Source of the DNA: Thermoplasmata archaeon
GTDB lineage: Archaea; Thermoplasmatota; Thermoplasmata; Lutacidiplasmatales; UBA184
Assembly (NCBI GenBank): GCA_021796385.1
Contig: JAJYXQ010000043.1
Location: forward strand, 137,652-201,651
DNA length: 64,000 nt
Direction: 5' to 3'
The notes beneath the pieces were generated by a model. The model had not been told where the DNA came from, did not search any database, and worked only from the letters and a program-made list of their open reading frames with translations. Numbering within the stretch: the stretch's first letter is position 1; each line of letters starts with the position of its first letter. The translations under genes and the position numbers were made by a program. Below, in pieces: positions 44,762 through 55,117 of the stretch.

Positions 44762-46463
44762 GCGACCCGGTCCCGACCAGCGTTCCCGTAAGAAGGTCGC
44801 CCACCCGTCGGCGGAAGGGGTTCGTGGCGATCACCACAAAGGCGACCGCGGCCGCCATCGCTGCCACGATGATCCCACCAAGGAAGATCGCCACCCCCGC
44901 CGCGCTCGAGTCCCACCCTGCATAGAAGAGCGGGACGGCGATCCCGAATCCATACACGAGGGCGGTCGTCGTCACCAGCTTCGGAATGTTGCGTCCGAGG
45001 GACTCCACGAGCCCGGGCCGCGTGAAATCCCGGTTCCATACCTGAAGTCCCAAGAGCCGCTTGCCCGGAGTCGCACCCCACCACCACTCCGCCACGACGA
45101 AGACCACAAAGGGATAGCTCGAGGCGGCGAGCAGGGCGGCTTCATAGTCCATGCTGTTGAGGGCCGAAATCACCCCGGTCAACTGCCAGAATCGGTAGAC
45201 ACCCAGCAAGGCCAAACCCGCCGGGACCATCGTCACCACGAGATCGATGAGGAACGCCTGTACCCGCTGTGCAATCGTGGCGAGCCTCCGCTGCAACAGG
45301 AGATCAAGGGCCCCCAGAAGATAGAACCCCGTGGTGAGCGCACGGTAGGCGCTCTCGCGTTCGGGCGCCGAGCGGCGGGCAGCGACCGAAAGGTTCGCGT
45401 AGTCTGCGGCGACGAGGGGATTCGAGGGAATGCCCGCCACTCCGATGTCCGGACCCCCGATCTGGAGGCCTATCTGGTCGCGTATCCGCGCGGCTCGCGC
45501 ATCCACGGCCACAAGGGATTGGGAAGCCACTTCGGAGTATCGCAATCGTTCAAAGCTGTCGATCGCCCGGGCGATGCTCCCCGGTCGGTATCCGTAGGGT
45601 TCCGGAGGGTGGGCCCCCCGCATGCGCTCCAAGAGAATGACGAAACCGAAAGTGATCCCGATGGCGATGAGGCCGGAGAGGTAGACCAGGTCCTCATAGC
45701 CCGCACCACCAATCGCTCCCAGTATGGGTGGCACCCCAGGAGCATACAGGGAGGGTTGATGGACGATGTCGGCGCCGACCAGGTCCCCGAACGTGGCACA
45801 GGCGTAAGCTAGGGGCAAAGCAAAGGCCAGCCCTTCCTTTCGCAGGGATTGGAAGCTGATGGCAAGTACGGCAGCCAGAAATGGAGGAAGGAGATAGTTC
45901 GGGAAGTCCGAGACGATCCCCTCCGAAGGGATCACTTGAGTGGTCAAGAACGTGGCGATCGTCACGACTGCCAGTATCCCGTACAATCCGACCGCCAACG
46001 CCCGAGCATCCGGGCGGTGGAGATCTCGAAAGACGAGAATCGCAGGCAAGGGTAGCACGTAGCCGATGATGATCCACGGGCTCGGGGCCCGAAAGGCGAC
46101 GAGGGTGGTCGCGATGACCGTACCGAGAACCCAGAGGCCCAGACCAACCCCGATCGGGGTTCGGGAACCTTTCGGAACCGTCGCCACAAGGAGAGTCATA
46201 CCGATGGCAACGGGGACGAGGGCCCCCCCTACGTTGACCGCCATGATGGAGCCGTGGAAAAAGAAGAAAGGTATGTTCGCGATCGACCCGACGAACCCTC
46301 CCACGAGAAGCACCCAAAAGAGCGAGGGATTAAGGGGGATGGCACGGAACGTCGCGCTCTCCTTCCACGCCAAGAGATAGAACAGGGCCAAGAAGCACGG
46401 CAATACGGCCGTGTACACAACGACCGAACTCACGTCTAGAACTATGGTCGGCCACGGCACCAT
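44703..46463 (-). CDS. DUF1614-like membrane domain fused to RDD domain
   Basis: GS..NIP, AVNVGGALVP, G.LVGADI, IGGAG..D; C-terminal R..AFLID, GATPGKRLLGL.V, RN, RR.GD...GT. Confidence 0.72.
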   Translation of the reverse strand: MVPWPTIVLDVSSVVVYTAVLPCFLALFYLLAWKESATFRAIPLNPSLFWVLLVGGFVGSIANIPFFFFHGSIMAVNVGGALVPVAIGMTLLVATVPKGSRTPIGVGLGLWVLGTVIATTLVAFRAPSPWIIIGYVLPLPAILVFRDLHRPDARALAVGLYGILAVVTIATFLTTQVIPSEGIVSDFPNYLLPPFLAAVLAISFQSLRKEGLAFALPLAYACATFGDLVGADIVHQPSLYAPGVPPILGAIGGAGYEDLVYLSGLIAIGITFGFVILLERMRGAHPPEPYGYRPGSIARAIDSFERLRYSEVASQSLVAVDARAARIRDQIGLQIGGPDIGVAGIPSNPLVAADYANLSVAARRSAPERESAYRALTTGFYLLGALDLLLQRRLATIAQRVQAFLIDLVVTMVPAGLALLGVYRFWQLTGVISALNSMDYEAALLAASSYPFVVFVVAEWWWGATPGKRLLGLQVWNRDFTRPGLVESLGRNIPKLVTTTALVYGFGIAVPLFYAGWDSSAAGVAIFLGGIIVAAMAAAVAFVVIATNPFRRRVGDLLTGTLVGTGSPKPALSGPHPVPTPRSETM

Positions 46464-46581
46464 GGTCCTATGAAACGGCGGGGGGTATTGTCCTTTGCCC
46501 CCAGTCCCCTCCTGCCCCCATCGGGGCGCTAGGGCAAGGTTCATGGGCTTACGGGAGTACGCGCCCCTGGTGGTCCTGAGC

Positions 46582-47982
46582 ATGAAGGCGGTTCGGGTGG
46601 AGCGGGATTCGATCGGAGAACGGGAGATCCCTCAAGAAGCGTACTACGGTATCAACTCGCTGCGCGCGCAAGAGAACTTCCCCGTCAGTGGGGTCTTGGT
46701 GCCCGGTCCGATCGTCCGGGCCTACGGCTACATCAAGCTCGCCGCAGTGCGAGCCAACCGGGAACTAGGTGCGCTCGACGGCGAACGATCCAAAGCCATT
46801 GAGCAGGCGGCCCAGGAGTTCCTCCAAGGAAAGTTCGACCGGGACATCATCGTCGACGCGTTCCAAGCCGGAGCGGGAACCTCCACCAATATGAACGTGA
46901 ATGAGATCCTGGCGAACCGCGCCCTCGAGCTGAGCGGGAAGCCCCGCGGGGACTACACTTCCCTGTCCCCCAACGATCACATCAACATGGGCCAATCCAC
47001 GAACGACACCTATCCGACCGCCTTGAACCTCGGCCTGTTGCTCGCCCTGAAGGACCTCGAGGTGAGCGTCCGCACCGTCGTCCACAGCCTTCGGGGGAAG
47101 GAACAGGAGTTCGCCAGCGTGCCGAAGTCGGGCCGCACACACCTCAAGGATGCCATGCCCATCACCCTGGGAGAAGAGTTCGGGGCATATGCTTCCGTCC
47201 TAGAGCGGGTGCTGGACGGGCTCCCCCGGGTCCGGGAGGGGCTCTGCGAGGTCCCGCTCGGCGGGAACGCCGTGGGCACCGGGGTCAACACTCGGTCCGG
47301 CTATCGAACCCTCGTGGTGCAACATCTGGCCAGTGCCACGGGGTTCCCTTTCCGGCCCTCGCGTGATCCCTTCGAGGGGATGCAAAGCCGCTGGGCCGCC
47401 CTGGCCACCTCCGGCTTCCTACGCGGCCTCGCCGTCGAACTTTCCCGGATCTCGAACGACCTTCGCCTACTCTCCTCCGGCCCCGCCACAGGGCTCGACG
47501 AGATCCGGCTACCGGAGGTCCAGGCCGGCTCTTCCATCATGCCGGCCAAGGTCAATCCCTCGCTCGCCGAGTGCCTGAACCAGATCTGCTTCCACATCAT
47601 CGGCTCCGACCTGGGGGCGACCTTTGCCGCCGAAGCGGGCCAGCTCGAGATCAACGTGATGATGCCCGTGATGAGCTTCGAGATCCTGTTCTCGATGAAA
47701 CTGCTCACGAACTTCCTCCCCGTCTTCGCTGCGAAGGGCGTGGATGGCATCACCGCCAATCCCGAGAAGTGCAACACCTACCTCCTCGCCTCCTCCTCGA
47801 TCGCCACGATCCTGACGCCCCGACTGGGCTATCTCAAGGTCGCCGAGGCCATCAAGAAGTCCGCGGCGGCGGGCATCTCCGTGAAGGCCTACCTCGAAAA
47901 GGAGGGGCTCCTCTCACCAGCGGAGACCGAGCAGTTGCTCGGGCGTGAAGCGCTCCTCAAGATCACACGCCCCGTGGCATAG
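46582..47982 (+). CDS. Aspartate ammonia-lyase / class II fumarase family
   Basis: ERDSIGE, GAGTSTNMN.NE, GRTHL.DA.P, GSSIMPAKVNP. Confidence 0.9.
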   Translation: MKAVRVERDSIGEREIPQEAYYGINSLRAQENFPVSGVLVPGPIVRAYGYIKLAAVRANRELGALDGERSKAIEQAAQEFLQGKFDRDIIVDAFQAGAGTSTNMNVNEILANRALELSGKPRGDYTSLSPNDHINMGQSTNDTYPTALNLGLLLALKDLEVSVRTVVHSLRGKEQEFASVPKSGRTHLKDAMPITLGEEFGAYASVLERVLDGLPRVREGLCEVPLGGNAVGTGVNTRSGYRTLVVQHLASATGFPFRPSRDPFEGMQSRWAALATSGFLRGLAVELSRISNDLRLLSSGPATGLDEIRLPEVQAGSSIMPAKVNPSLAECLNQICFHIIGSDLGATFAAEAGQLEINVMMPVMSFEILFSMKLLTNFLPVFAAKGVDGITANPEKCNTYLLASSSIATILTPRLGYLKVAEAIKKSAAAGISVKAYLEKEGLLSPAETEQLLGREALLKITRPVA

Positions 47983-48010
47983 CCCGGTGCCTCGGTAAAG
48001 GGAACGCGTT

Positions 48011-48856
48011 TCAACCGAGGGAGACGACCGAGTCCCGGAGATCGTCGATCTGGGTCACGATGTTCTCCAGCGCAAGTCGTAGTGCCTCGCGGGCGGTCAT
48101 CGAACCATCCGTCTCGAACCGGAAGATGTACGCGGTCGGATCCGTGTCGACCTTGACACTCCCGTGCGTGCACGCGTGCTCGCACTCCTTGCACAAGATG
48201 CAAGCATCGGGGTTCGTCGCGTCCAGTGCTCCGTCTTTGTACTGGAACACATGGGTCGGGCAGACGTTGACGACCTTCTTGAGGCAGGCTTCCGTGCAGC
48301 CCTCACCCTTGGAAACCTTCACCGTGGGTTGTGCCGTGTAACCGACCGAGTGGGCCACCTGCCATTTTGCATGCTGGCGTCCGGTCCCCATTACCGCCGT
48401 CGCATACGCCAGGATCGCCTGCTTGGCACCGAGCGTTACGATCGGCACATCCGGTTCGGCGATGGCGAGCTCGGGGTCCCCGAGCGGGATGAGGTCCCGG
48501 GCGTACACGATACCGGGCCCTTTCTTGTCCATCGTGTATACGATCTGGCAATGGGCACAGCCTTCGCCCTTGCATGTGCACTTGTCCTTGAACCGGAAGT
48601 TCTTCGACCCGGTCGGGATGGGCAGGAGCCCGAGCCGCAGGGCAATGGCCTCATCGAACAAACTGGTCGAAAGATCGTAATCGGTACTGGTGGCATCGTC
48701 ATGGACCGTGCCGAGGTGGAATTCGACATCCTCGATGGCCATCTTCGGGATATCGGCGATGAGCGAGCGGCGGATCGCGTTGACCGCGGTCGCAGTGGTG
48801 TCTGAGAAGCGGATCTGCGCCTTTTTCGGGGACAACTCCTTGATCTCTATCTCCAT
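48011..48856 (-). CDS. rpoD: RNA polymerase subunit D (Rpo3) with Fe-S insert
   Basis: NAIRR, DE.IA.RLGL.P, HAKWQ, CILCKECEHAC, FETDGS. Confidence 0.96.
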   Translation of the reverse strand: MEIEIKELSPKKAQIRFSDTTATAVNAIRRSLIADIPKMAIEDVEFHLGTVHDDATSTDYDLSTSLFDEAIALRLGLLPIPTGSKNFRFKDKCTCKGEGCAHCQIVYTMDKKGPGIVYARDLIPLGDPELAIAEPDVPIVTLGAKQAILAYATAVMGTGRQHAKWQVAHSVGYTAQPTVKVSKGEGCTEACLKKVVNVCPTHVFQYKDGALDATNPDACILCKECEHACTHGSVKVDTDPTAYIFRFETDGSMTAREALRLALENIVTQIDDLRDSVVSLG

Positions 48857-48884
48857 GGTATCTGACCTCGACCGAACGTACGGC

Positions 48885-49268
48885 CTAAACCCGCCGTCCC
48901 CGCCGCCCTCCCTTGGGCTTGGTCCCATCGTGGGGTACGGGTGTGACGTCCTCAATGCGGCCGATCTTCATTCCGGCCCGCGCCAAAGCGCGGATCGCGG
49001 CTTGGGCTCCTGGGCCCGGCGAGCGAGGACCGTTCCCTCCGGGGGCTCGGACCATGATGTGCAGCGTGTCGTAGCCCTTTTCCTTCAGTACACTGGCCAC
49101 CGCGTCGGCGGCCTTCATCGCAGCATACGGGCTCGACTCGTCCCGGGCGTTCTTGACGACCATGCCACCACTGGTGTTGGCCAGGGTCTCGGCACCGGTG
49201 ATGTCCGTGACGGTGATGTGGATGTTGTTGTACGATGCGAAGACGTGCGCGATCCCGACCTTGCCCAT
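48885..49268 (-). CDS. rps11: Ribosomal protein uS11
   Basis: [28 protein letters not shown]. Confidence 0.98.
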   Translation of the reverse strand: MGKVGIAHVFASYNNIHITVTDITGAETLANTSGGMVVKNARDESSPYAAMKAADAVASVLKEKGYDTLHIMVRAPGGNGPRSPGPGAQAAIRALARAGMKIGRIEDVTPVPHDGTKPKGGRRGRRV

Positions 49269-49271
49269 GCT

Positions 49272-49853
49272 TCACCCTGAGGCGGGCGGCGCCGATGGCG
49301 CTCCCTTGCCGCTCTCGATCTTTTGTTTGATGGAGACCCGCATCGGGTGGGCCTCGTCCAGGAACGGACTGTAGGCATTGTAAGCGACCTTCACCTCATC
49401 GTCCCGGGTCACCACGAATCCAGGGGACCGCACTTTGTGGTTCCCGACTGAGATGTGTCCGTGCACGATGAGCTGTCGGGCTCCGGTGAGCGTACTGGCT
49501 AGTCCCTTCACGTAGACGATCCACTGCAGGCGGCGCTCAAGCAGGGAGTCGAGGGTGAGGGAAAGGATGTCGTCGAGGGTGTTGGCACCCACCGGCAGTG
49601 CGCCGATACGAACCAAGGATTCAAGGAGAGCCTTTGTCTCCTTTTCGGCCTGGACCTCCTTCGCTCGGACCCGGGCCTGAAGCTCCCTTGCTTGCCGCCG
49701 GTAGTTGCGGAGTCGGAACTGGGCCCTCCATAGCTCTCGCTTGTTCTTGAGGCCATACTTGGTGAGGAGCTTGTTCTCCTCGGCCATCCGGACCTCTTCC
49801 CACGGATGCTTGGGCCGCTCGAAGGTCCTGCGCAGAAATTTTGGATCTCCCAT
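49272..49853 (-). CDS. rps4: Ribosomal protein uS4
   Basis: MGDPK, YGLKNKRELW, LERRLQ, ARQLIVHGH. Confidence 0.98.
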   Translation of the reverse strand: MGDPKFLRRTFERPKHPWEEVRMAEENKLLTKYGLKNKRELWRAQFRLRNYRRQARELQARVRAKEVQAEKETKALLESLVRIGALPVGANTLDDILSLTLDSLLERRLQWIVYVKGLASTLTGARQLIVHGHISVGNHKVRSPGFVVTRDDEVKVAYNAYSPFLDEAHPMRVSIKQKIESGKGAPSAPPASG

Positions 49854-49859
49854 GTGCTC

Positions 49860-50492
49860 CTACTTCTCCTTCTTGTCGGTGGACTTGGCGGCCTTCGCGG
49901 CCTCTTGCAGGCTCTTCTTCATCACACCGGCGGCCATGCCCGTGCGGCCGTTGGAACGGGTTCGCTGGCCCCGGACCTTCTGGCCCCGCTCGTGACGGAT
50001 TCCTCGGTAGCACCGGATCATCCGCATCAGATTGACATCATCCCGGATGACGGTATCAAGCTCCGCGGCCACGTAGTGATGGTTCTCTCCCGTGGCCCGG
50101 TCCAAACGGTGGTTGACAAGCCAGTTCGGGACCTTGCCGTAAAAGCCGAGTAGTAGTTCCTCTAAGTTCTCTGTCTCCGGTTCGCTGTAATCGCCAAGCC
50201 GCTTGGTGGGATCAAGTCCCGAAAGATGGGCGACCGTCTCGGCCACTCGACGACCAACCCCCTTGACGTCTGTGAGGGCCATGAGCATGGGTCGCTTGCC
50301 ATCGAGGTCGGTGTTGGCAAAGCGCACGATGTGACGGAAGTTCGGGTTCTCCGGGGCCGGAGCGGCCGCCTTCGCCTCCGGTATCCCACCCTTTCCCTTC
50401 TTCTCACCGCCCTTCTTCGGCTTCGGTGTGTTCGAAGCGGACGAAGGGGCTGCATCGGCGCCGGCTCCTTCCGCTTCCTTCTTTCCTGGCAC
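49860..50492 (-). CDS. rps13: Ribosomal protein uS13
   Basis: KGVGRR, YRGIRH..G.KVRGQRTRSNGR; long K/A/P-rich N-extension. Confidence 0.97.
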   Translation of the reverse strand: MPGKKEAEGAGADAAPSSASNTPKPKKGGEKKGKGGIPEAKAAAPAPENPNFRHIVRFANTDLDGKRPMLMALTDVKGVGRRVAETVAHLSGLDPTKRLGDYSEPETENLEELLLGFYGKVPNWLVNHRLDRATGENHHYVAAELDTVIRDDVNLMRMIRCYRGIRHERGQKVRGQRTRSNGRTGMAAGVMKKSLQEAAKAAKSTDKKEK

Positions 50493-50904
50493 TACGATTC
50501 CTCCGTTAGAGCGAAGGTCCGAATATCTACTTCCTTTTAAGTTTACCCATGTCCGACCGGGCTACGCGGGTTCCTCAGAGAGGGTTGAATCAGAAGACCT
50601 AACGTGGTTCACTTCGACGGAGACGTCAGCCGTGCGAACTTCCGCCCGCCCTTACGGAACTCTTTTGCACGACAACAGAATAGACTCTCGCCGGTGGCAC
50701 CACGGGCCTTCAGGAGACCCAGATGAAAGGTTGGCTTGACAGACCGAGAACTGATCTTCTTCGCGTATGGTTTCCCACCGGGAAGTCGTAAGTGGAGCCC
50801 CGGGAGCCGGGCCGTTGCTGTTATCTGTCTGTGGGTCTCCCTCCCCCGCAAGGTTCCTTTAAGGCACAGACGCGTACCCTCGGCGTGCCCCGGGAACCAA
50901 AAAG

Positions 50905-51135
50905 ATGAGCGAACAACCTCCCACGAAGGACAAGAAATCCCCCCCGAACACCCCGGCGACGAAGTGCGCGGACTGCGGCAAGCGATTTTCCCCCGACGAC
51001 ACCCGATGGGACGTTCATTTGGAGGGAACGACCTACAAGACGATCTGTACAACATGCTTTGAAAAGAACGACCCGGGTTGGTCCAACAAGGACGAGGGCG
51101 TCAAGATAAAGGCGTCAAAAAAACACCGAAAGTGA
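50905..51135 (+). CDS. Small CxxC..CxxC zinc-finger protein
   Basis: CADCG and ICTTCF; TTTAAG about 35 nt upstream. Confidence 0.65.
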   Translation: MSEQPPTKDKKSPPNTPATKCADCGKRFSPDDTRWDVHLEGTTYKTICTTCFEKNDPGWSNKDEGVKIKASKKHRK

Positions 51136-51145
51136 ACTGCGCTAG

Positions 51146-51480
51146 CTAAGACAGAGTCCCCATCCCGTTCCTGAACCGAGCTGCTCTGAAACCCGTTCCA
51201 TCCGGCGTTCGACAGCGGGCGACGGAGGTTTCTCGCCGTAAAATCAGGGTGAGTTCACCCCCCCTTTGGTTATGCTGCGCTTCCCCCGGGCCGGTCCCTA
51301 CCCCTGGAGAGGCTTCCCCGCCTGGTCCATTCCGCTCCACCCCCGTTGTAAAGACTCAACCTTCACTCCCAACGCCTCCAAGATACGCCGCTGCCCCTCG
51401 TTGGGCTCCGTGACCTGGTTCAACCGCACCTCGGTCCCCGCGATCACCTGCTCGTTCACCCCGATCGACCCCCATGACCT
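51146..51480 (-). mobile_element. Transposase C-terminal remnant (IS1634/IS4-like), probable IS end
   Basis: Manual translation ..GVNEQVIAGTEVRLNQVTEPNEGQRRILEALGVK..stop at 51298-51300 resembles IS1634-type C-termini; no start codon or DDE core. Confidence 0.5.
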
Positions 51481-51701
51481 CGAAGGCCCTTCGTTTCAAT
51501 GGCATCGATACGGACTACGCTTTCAGGAGGTTCCGGGACAGCGGCCGCGAGATAGTATTTACCATCCCGACCCTTTACAATCTCTCCATCTCGAACGGCG
51601 CAGGAGAGATTCCGTGCGGCCGTGGCTCTGGAAACACCGAGAAGATTCTCTACCATCCGAATTAACTCGGAAAATGCAAGCGCCTTAGACTCCAAAGGCA
51701 A
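51456..51701 (-). pseudogene. Winged-HTH gene fragment
   Basis: FSELIRMV...GVSRATAARNL..AV..GEIVK..GKYYL; upstream frame broken; abuts transposase remnant. Confidence 0.4.
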
Positions 51702-52099
51702 ACGTTTCTAGAAGGCTGCAGTGGCCAGAGTATCGTGTTCTCCGCTCATGGTCCCATTTCGTCCGGCCACACTCTCACATCGGGAGCCAAGTGTCCTTGC
51801 ACCATTTGCATTTCGAGCTCTCTTATGTCGATAAACACCTCAACTTGCTTATGGGGTTTGTTACGCGGGTCTTCATTCTTTCGGATTATTGTCGGTCGTC
51901 CGCGGAATGAACTTGACCAACATTCCCTTCTTTCAGGAGGAAGGCCTTCCGAAACGTAGGGAACAGGCAGTGTAGGACGGGGACCCCCAAGTGACGGGAT
52001 GAAACCTCGTCATTGGAAGTAACGTACAAGGTCCGACTCCAAGGAGGTAAAATTCGGAAGACTTGAAATACATCACTACATTACATTGATACAGAGACC

Positions 52100-52342
52100 A
52101 TGAGTGCAAAGACCATCGCACTCGACATGGATGCCTACCTGAGCCTACGCCAGCACCGACGACCGGGAGAGACCTTCAGTGAGACGATCAAACGCCTGAC
52201 CGGCCGAAAAAGATCTCTCTTAGATTTTGCGGGGATCTGGAAGGACATGCCGAAGGAGGATCTCGCCAAAGTCCAGTCCTTCCTTGCGGATGGTCGTCGA
52301 CGGGATAGAATGCGCATGTCCCGAGTCCTTGAAGGGGCCTGA
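52100..52342 (+). CDS. vapB: VapB-type antitoxin
   Basis: KTIAL..DAY..L...RRPGETFSETIKRL....SLLDFAGIW. Confidence 0.88.
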   Translation: MSAKTIALDMDAYLSLRQHRRPGETFSETIKRLTGRKRSLLDFAGIWKDMPKEDLAKVQSFLADGRRRDRMRMSRVLEGA

Positions 52343-52347
52343 TCGCT

Positions 52348-52734
52348 GTGCGCTGCTTCGACACTTCCTTCCTCATCGATTTCGTCAGGGGTGAAGGGGC
52401 GGCCGTACGGAAGGTGAGGGAATTCACTGATGAGGGAGAAAGGATGGCCGCTCCCGCCGTTGCTGTTGCCGAACTTTTGGTGGGGGCCCACTATCGGGGG
52501 GGGCGAGAACTTTCAAGGACCCTGGAACTCCTGGAAATCCTCGAGGTTCTTCCCTTCGACTCCTCGGTGGCGGAAGAGGCAGGCCGGATGGGGGCGGAAT
52601 CTTTGCGGAGGGGATCACCCCTTTTGGGAGTGGATCTCCTGATCGCGGCCAGCGCCCGTTTCCACCGAGGGATCCTGATCAGCCGCGACACCATCTTCTC
52701 CGGCGTTCCTGGCTTGGCTATCGAGAACTACTGA
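52348..52734 (+). CDS. vapC: VapC PIN-domain toxin
   Basis: FDTSFLID, EL..G, DLLIAA.A, SRD..F. Confidence 0.92.
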   Translation: MRCFDTSFLIDFVRGEGAAVRKVREFTDEGERMAAPAVAVAELLVGAHYRGGRELSRTLELLEILEVLPFDSSVAEEAGRMGAESLRRGSPLLGVDLLIAASARFHRGILISRDTIFSGVPGLAIENY

Positions 52735-52980
52735 CCTCTTCCCGGCGTTTGCGGGCGGTCAATGCAAATTTAGCATGAAGGCACATCTACCCGCCCTTTG
52801 CGAATCTCGCACATGCGGGTTTGCAGTAACCGTCAACGGTGAAGGTGATGGCGCTTGATCGATGGCATAGCGGTACGACCCAGGGTTCGAAACTTGCGCC
52901 CAAGCACGGGTGTTCTCCGCTTCTCTAGTGTGTAACCTCACGGTTCGAAGAAGCTGTGTTGCACGGACCCGGAACCCATT

Positions 52981-54447
52981 TCAGGCGATGTTCACGCTGA
53001 CGAGCTTGACCTCGGACATCGCTTCGATCGCCCGGTCCACGCCTTCCCGACCGATGCCGCTCGCCCGTACGCCCCCAAAGGGGAGGGCATCCCAGCGTAG
53101 CGTGGTGGGGTCGTTGATGTGCACCCCACCGACCTGCAGGTCCCGCGCCATGCGCAAGGCTCTCGCGAGGTCCTGGGTGTAGACGGCGGCCTGGAGCCCA
53201 TATCGGGTCGAATTGGCCCGCTCGAGCGCCTCGGCCTCATCCGAGAACGTGAGGACGGGCACCACGGGGCCGAACGGCTCCTCCTGGACCACCCGGGCAT
53301 CGTCCGGAACCTCCGTAAGGACCGTGGGCGCGAAAAAATTCGGACCGACCTCGACCCGGGTCCGGCTCCCGCCCGTGCGTACCTTGGCTCCCTTCTCTAG
53401 GGCATCGTTGACCATGGCGGCTACCCGCTCCACGGCGGCGGTCTCGATAAGAGGACCCACATCGGTGGTCTCCTCTGTCGGGTCCCCGACCCGGAGTCCC
53501 TGCACGCGGGCAACGAACTGGTCGAGGAACTCTGAGGCTACGGCGGCATGCACGAGGATGCGCTTGGTGGCCGTGCATACTTGACCCGAATATCCGAACG
53601 CGCCGCGTACGGCGGCTTCCACGGCGGAACCGAGAGGCGCGTCCTCGAAGATGACCAAGGCGTCCATCCCCCCCATCTCGAGGAGGACCTTCTTCCCACC
53701 AGCCCCGGCCCGTTCGGCCACCTTGCGACCGGTCTCCACCGATCCGGTCAGGGTCACCATCCGAACGGCAGGATGCGAAGCGAGCGACATGCCGACCTCG
53801 GAGCCGCTCCCCAGGACCACGTTGAAGGCACCAGCGGGAAGACCGCTCTCGAGTGCGATGTCACCGAGGGCAAGACCGATCGCCGAACCTAGGCTCGCCG
53901 GTTTGGCGACGACCGTGTTCCCGGCGGCCAAGGCGGGGGCGACCTTGTGGGCGAGCAGGTTGAGCGGGAAATTGAACGGGGATATCGCCACGATGACCCC
54001 CAGCGGCTCCCGGACCGAAAAGAGCATCCGGTGCTCGTTGCCCGGGGGCAGTGGATACGCGTCCGCGGGATACGTCTCCCCGAGCGGCCTTCGGAGCGCT
54101 TCCGCTGCGAAGGTGAACACGGATGCAGCCCGTTCCACCTCGATCCGGGCATCCCGAATGGGTTTTCCGACATCAACGGCGATGCGGCGGGACAGGGTAT
54201 CCTTGGCCGAAAGCAACTTCTCGGAGATCGACAATAGGACCTTCGCCCGTTCGTGTGCGGGCGTCCCCCGCCACAGGGCCCCGGCGGTCCGAGCCCCCTT
54301 CACGGCGAGGTTTGCCTCGACGGGGCCTCCGCGGCTTATCTCCTGGTCGACCACTCCTGTGAGCGGGCGGGCGATGGGCAAGGTCTTCCCCGTCTCCGAT
54401 GGACGGTGAACACCATCGATCAGGTGCGGGAGGACCTCAGGAGGCAT
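52981..54447 (-). CDS. NAD(P)-dependent aldehyde dehydrogenase
   Basis: PFNFP, TGS..TG, LEMGG, GQVCT, EEPFGP, PFGG..SG.GREG. Confidence 0.95.
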   Translation of the reverse strand: MPPEVLPHLIDGVHRPSETGKTLPIARPLTGVVDQEISRGGPVEANLAVKGARTAGALWRGTPAHERAKVLLSISEKLLSAKDTLSRRIAVDVGKPIRDARIEVERAASVFTFAAEALRRPLGETYPADAYPLPPGNEHRMLFSVREPLGVIVAISPFNFPLNLLAHKVAPALAAGNTVVAKPASLGSAIGLALGDIALESGLPAGAFNVVLGSGSEVGMSLASHPAVRMVTLTGSVETGRKVAERAGAGGKKVLLEMGGMDALVIFEDAPLGSAVEAAVRGAFGYSGQVCTATKRILVHAAVASEFLDQFVARVQGLRVGDPTEETTDVGPLIETAAVERVAAMVNDALEKGAKVRTGGSRTRVEVGPNFFAPTVLTEVPDDARVVQEEPFGPVVPVLTFSDEAEALERANSTRYGLQAAVYTQDLARALRMARDLQVGGVHINDPTTLRWDALPFGGVRASGIGREGVDRAIEAMSEVKLVSVNIA

Positions 54448-54612
54448 GGGAAGGGTTTCCGGATGGCGGATGCGGGCCCGCCGGGAGTTTCGGGTCCTTA
54501 TCGCTCCTCATGGATGGGTTTCGAGCGACGGACCTTTCGAACCCGGGTTCAAGGCTCCGGAGGCCTTTGTGATGTCCAAGCTATACTACGGGCCCACACG
54601 TCAGCGTGATGC

Positions 54613-54774
54613 TCACTTGCCTTTCTTGCTTTCGGTGTAGCCACACCGGCCGCAGGACAGGCGGGAGCCGTGATCGGCGAGGAATGTCCCTGGACCACAC
54701 GTGGGGCAAGCTTTGTGAGTTCGCTTGAGCGTTCCACCCTTCACATCGTAGAGACCGACCCTTGCCTTGGCCAT
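54613..54774 (-). CDS. rps27ae: Ribosomal protein S27ae (eS31), 53 aa, missing from ORF track
   Basis: Manual translation [53 protein letters not shown]; follows rps24e. Confidence 0.95.
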   Translation of the reverse strand: MAKARVGLYDVKGGTLKRTHKACPTCGPGTFLADHGSRLSCGRCGYTESKKGK

Positions 54775-54780
54775 GATCGT

Positions 54781-55116
54781 CTAAGCCTCCTTCTTCTCGG
54801 CGGAAGCGTTCTCGGCCGGCTTGGCACCCTTCTTCTGAGCGAGCCCATTCCGGACCAGGATGTGGTGACGCACCGTGGCCTTGGCCCCCGAATCCGAATC
54901 GTAGGCATGAATGACGCCGCGGCTCAACGGGACCCCATACTGCGCCTCCATGTGCTCGATCACGACCCGGTCGGCCGGGACCGATATGGCCTTGGCAAAC
55001 TCCTTGCGGACCTCTGACCGCTTCGGGGAGCTTTCCCGGGCATGTGCGATCTCGACGCGGTACTCCTTGCGCGAGAGGAGAGCGTTGGCCCGCTCCTCCG
55101 TGATCTTGATCTCCAT
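54781..55116 (-). CDS. rps24e: Ribosomal protein S24e
   Basis: MEIKI...NALLSRKE, SPKR.EVR, YG...G..H.Y. Confidence 0.93.
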   Translation of the reverse strand: MEIKITEERANALLSRKEYRVEIAHARESSPKRSEVRKEFAKAISVPADRVVIEHMEAQYGVPLSRGVIHAYDSDSGAKATVRHHILVRNGLAQKKGAKPAENASAEKKEA

Positions 55117-55117
55117 C

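Noticed and set aside
50500-50900. tRNA upstream of rps13 (common in archaea)
   Set aside because: No T-arm or cloverleaf found on either strand
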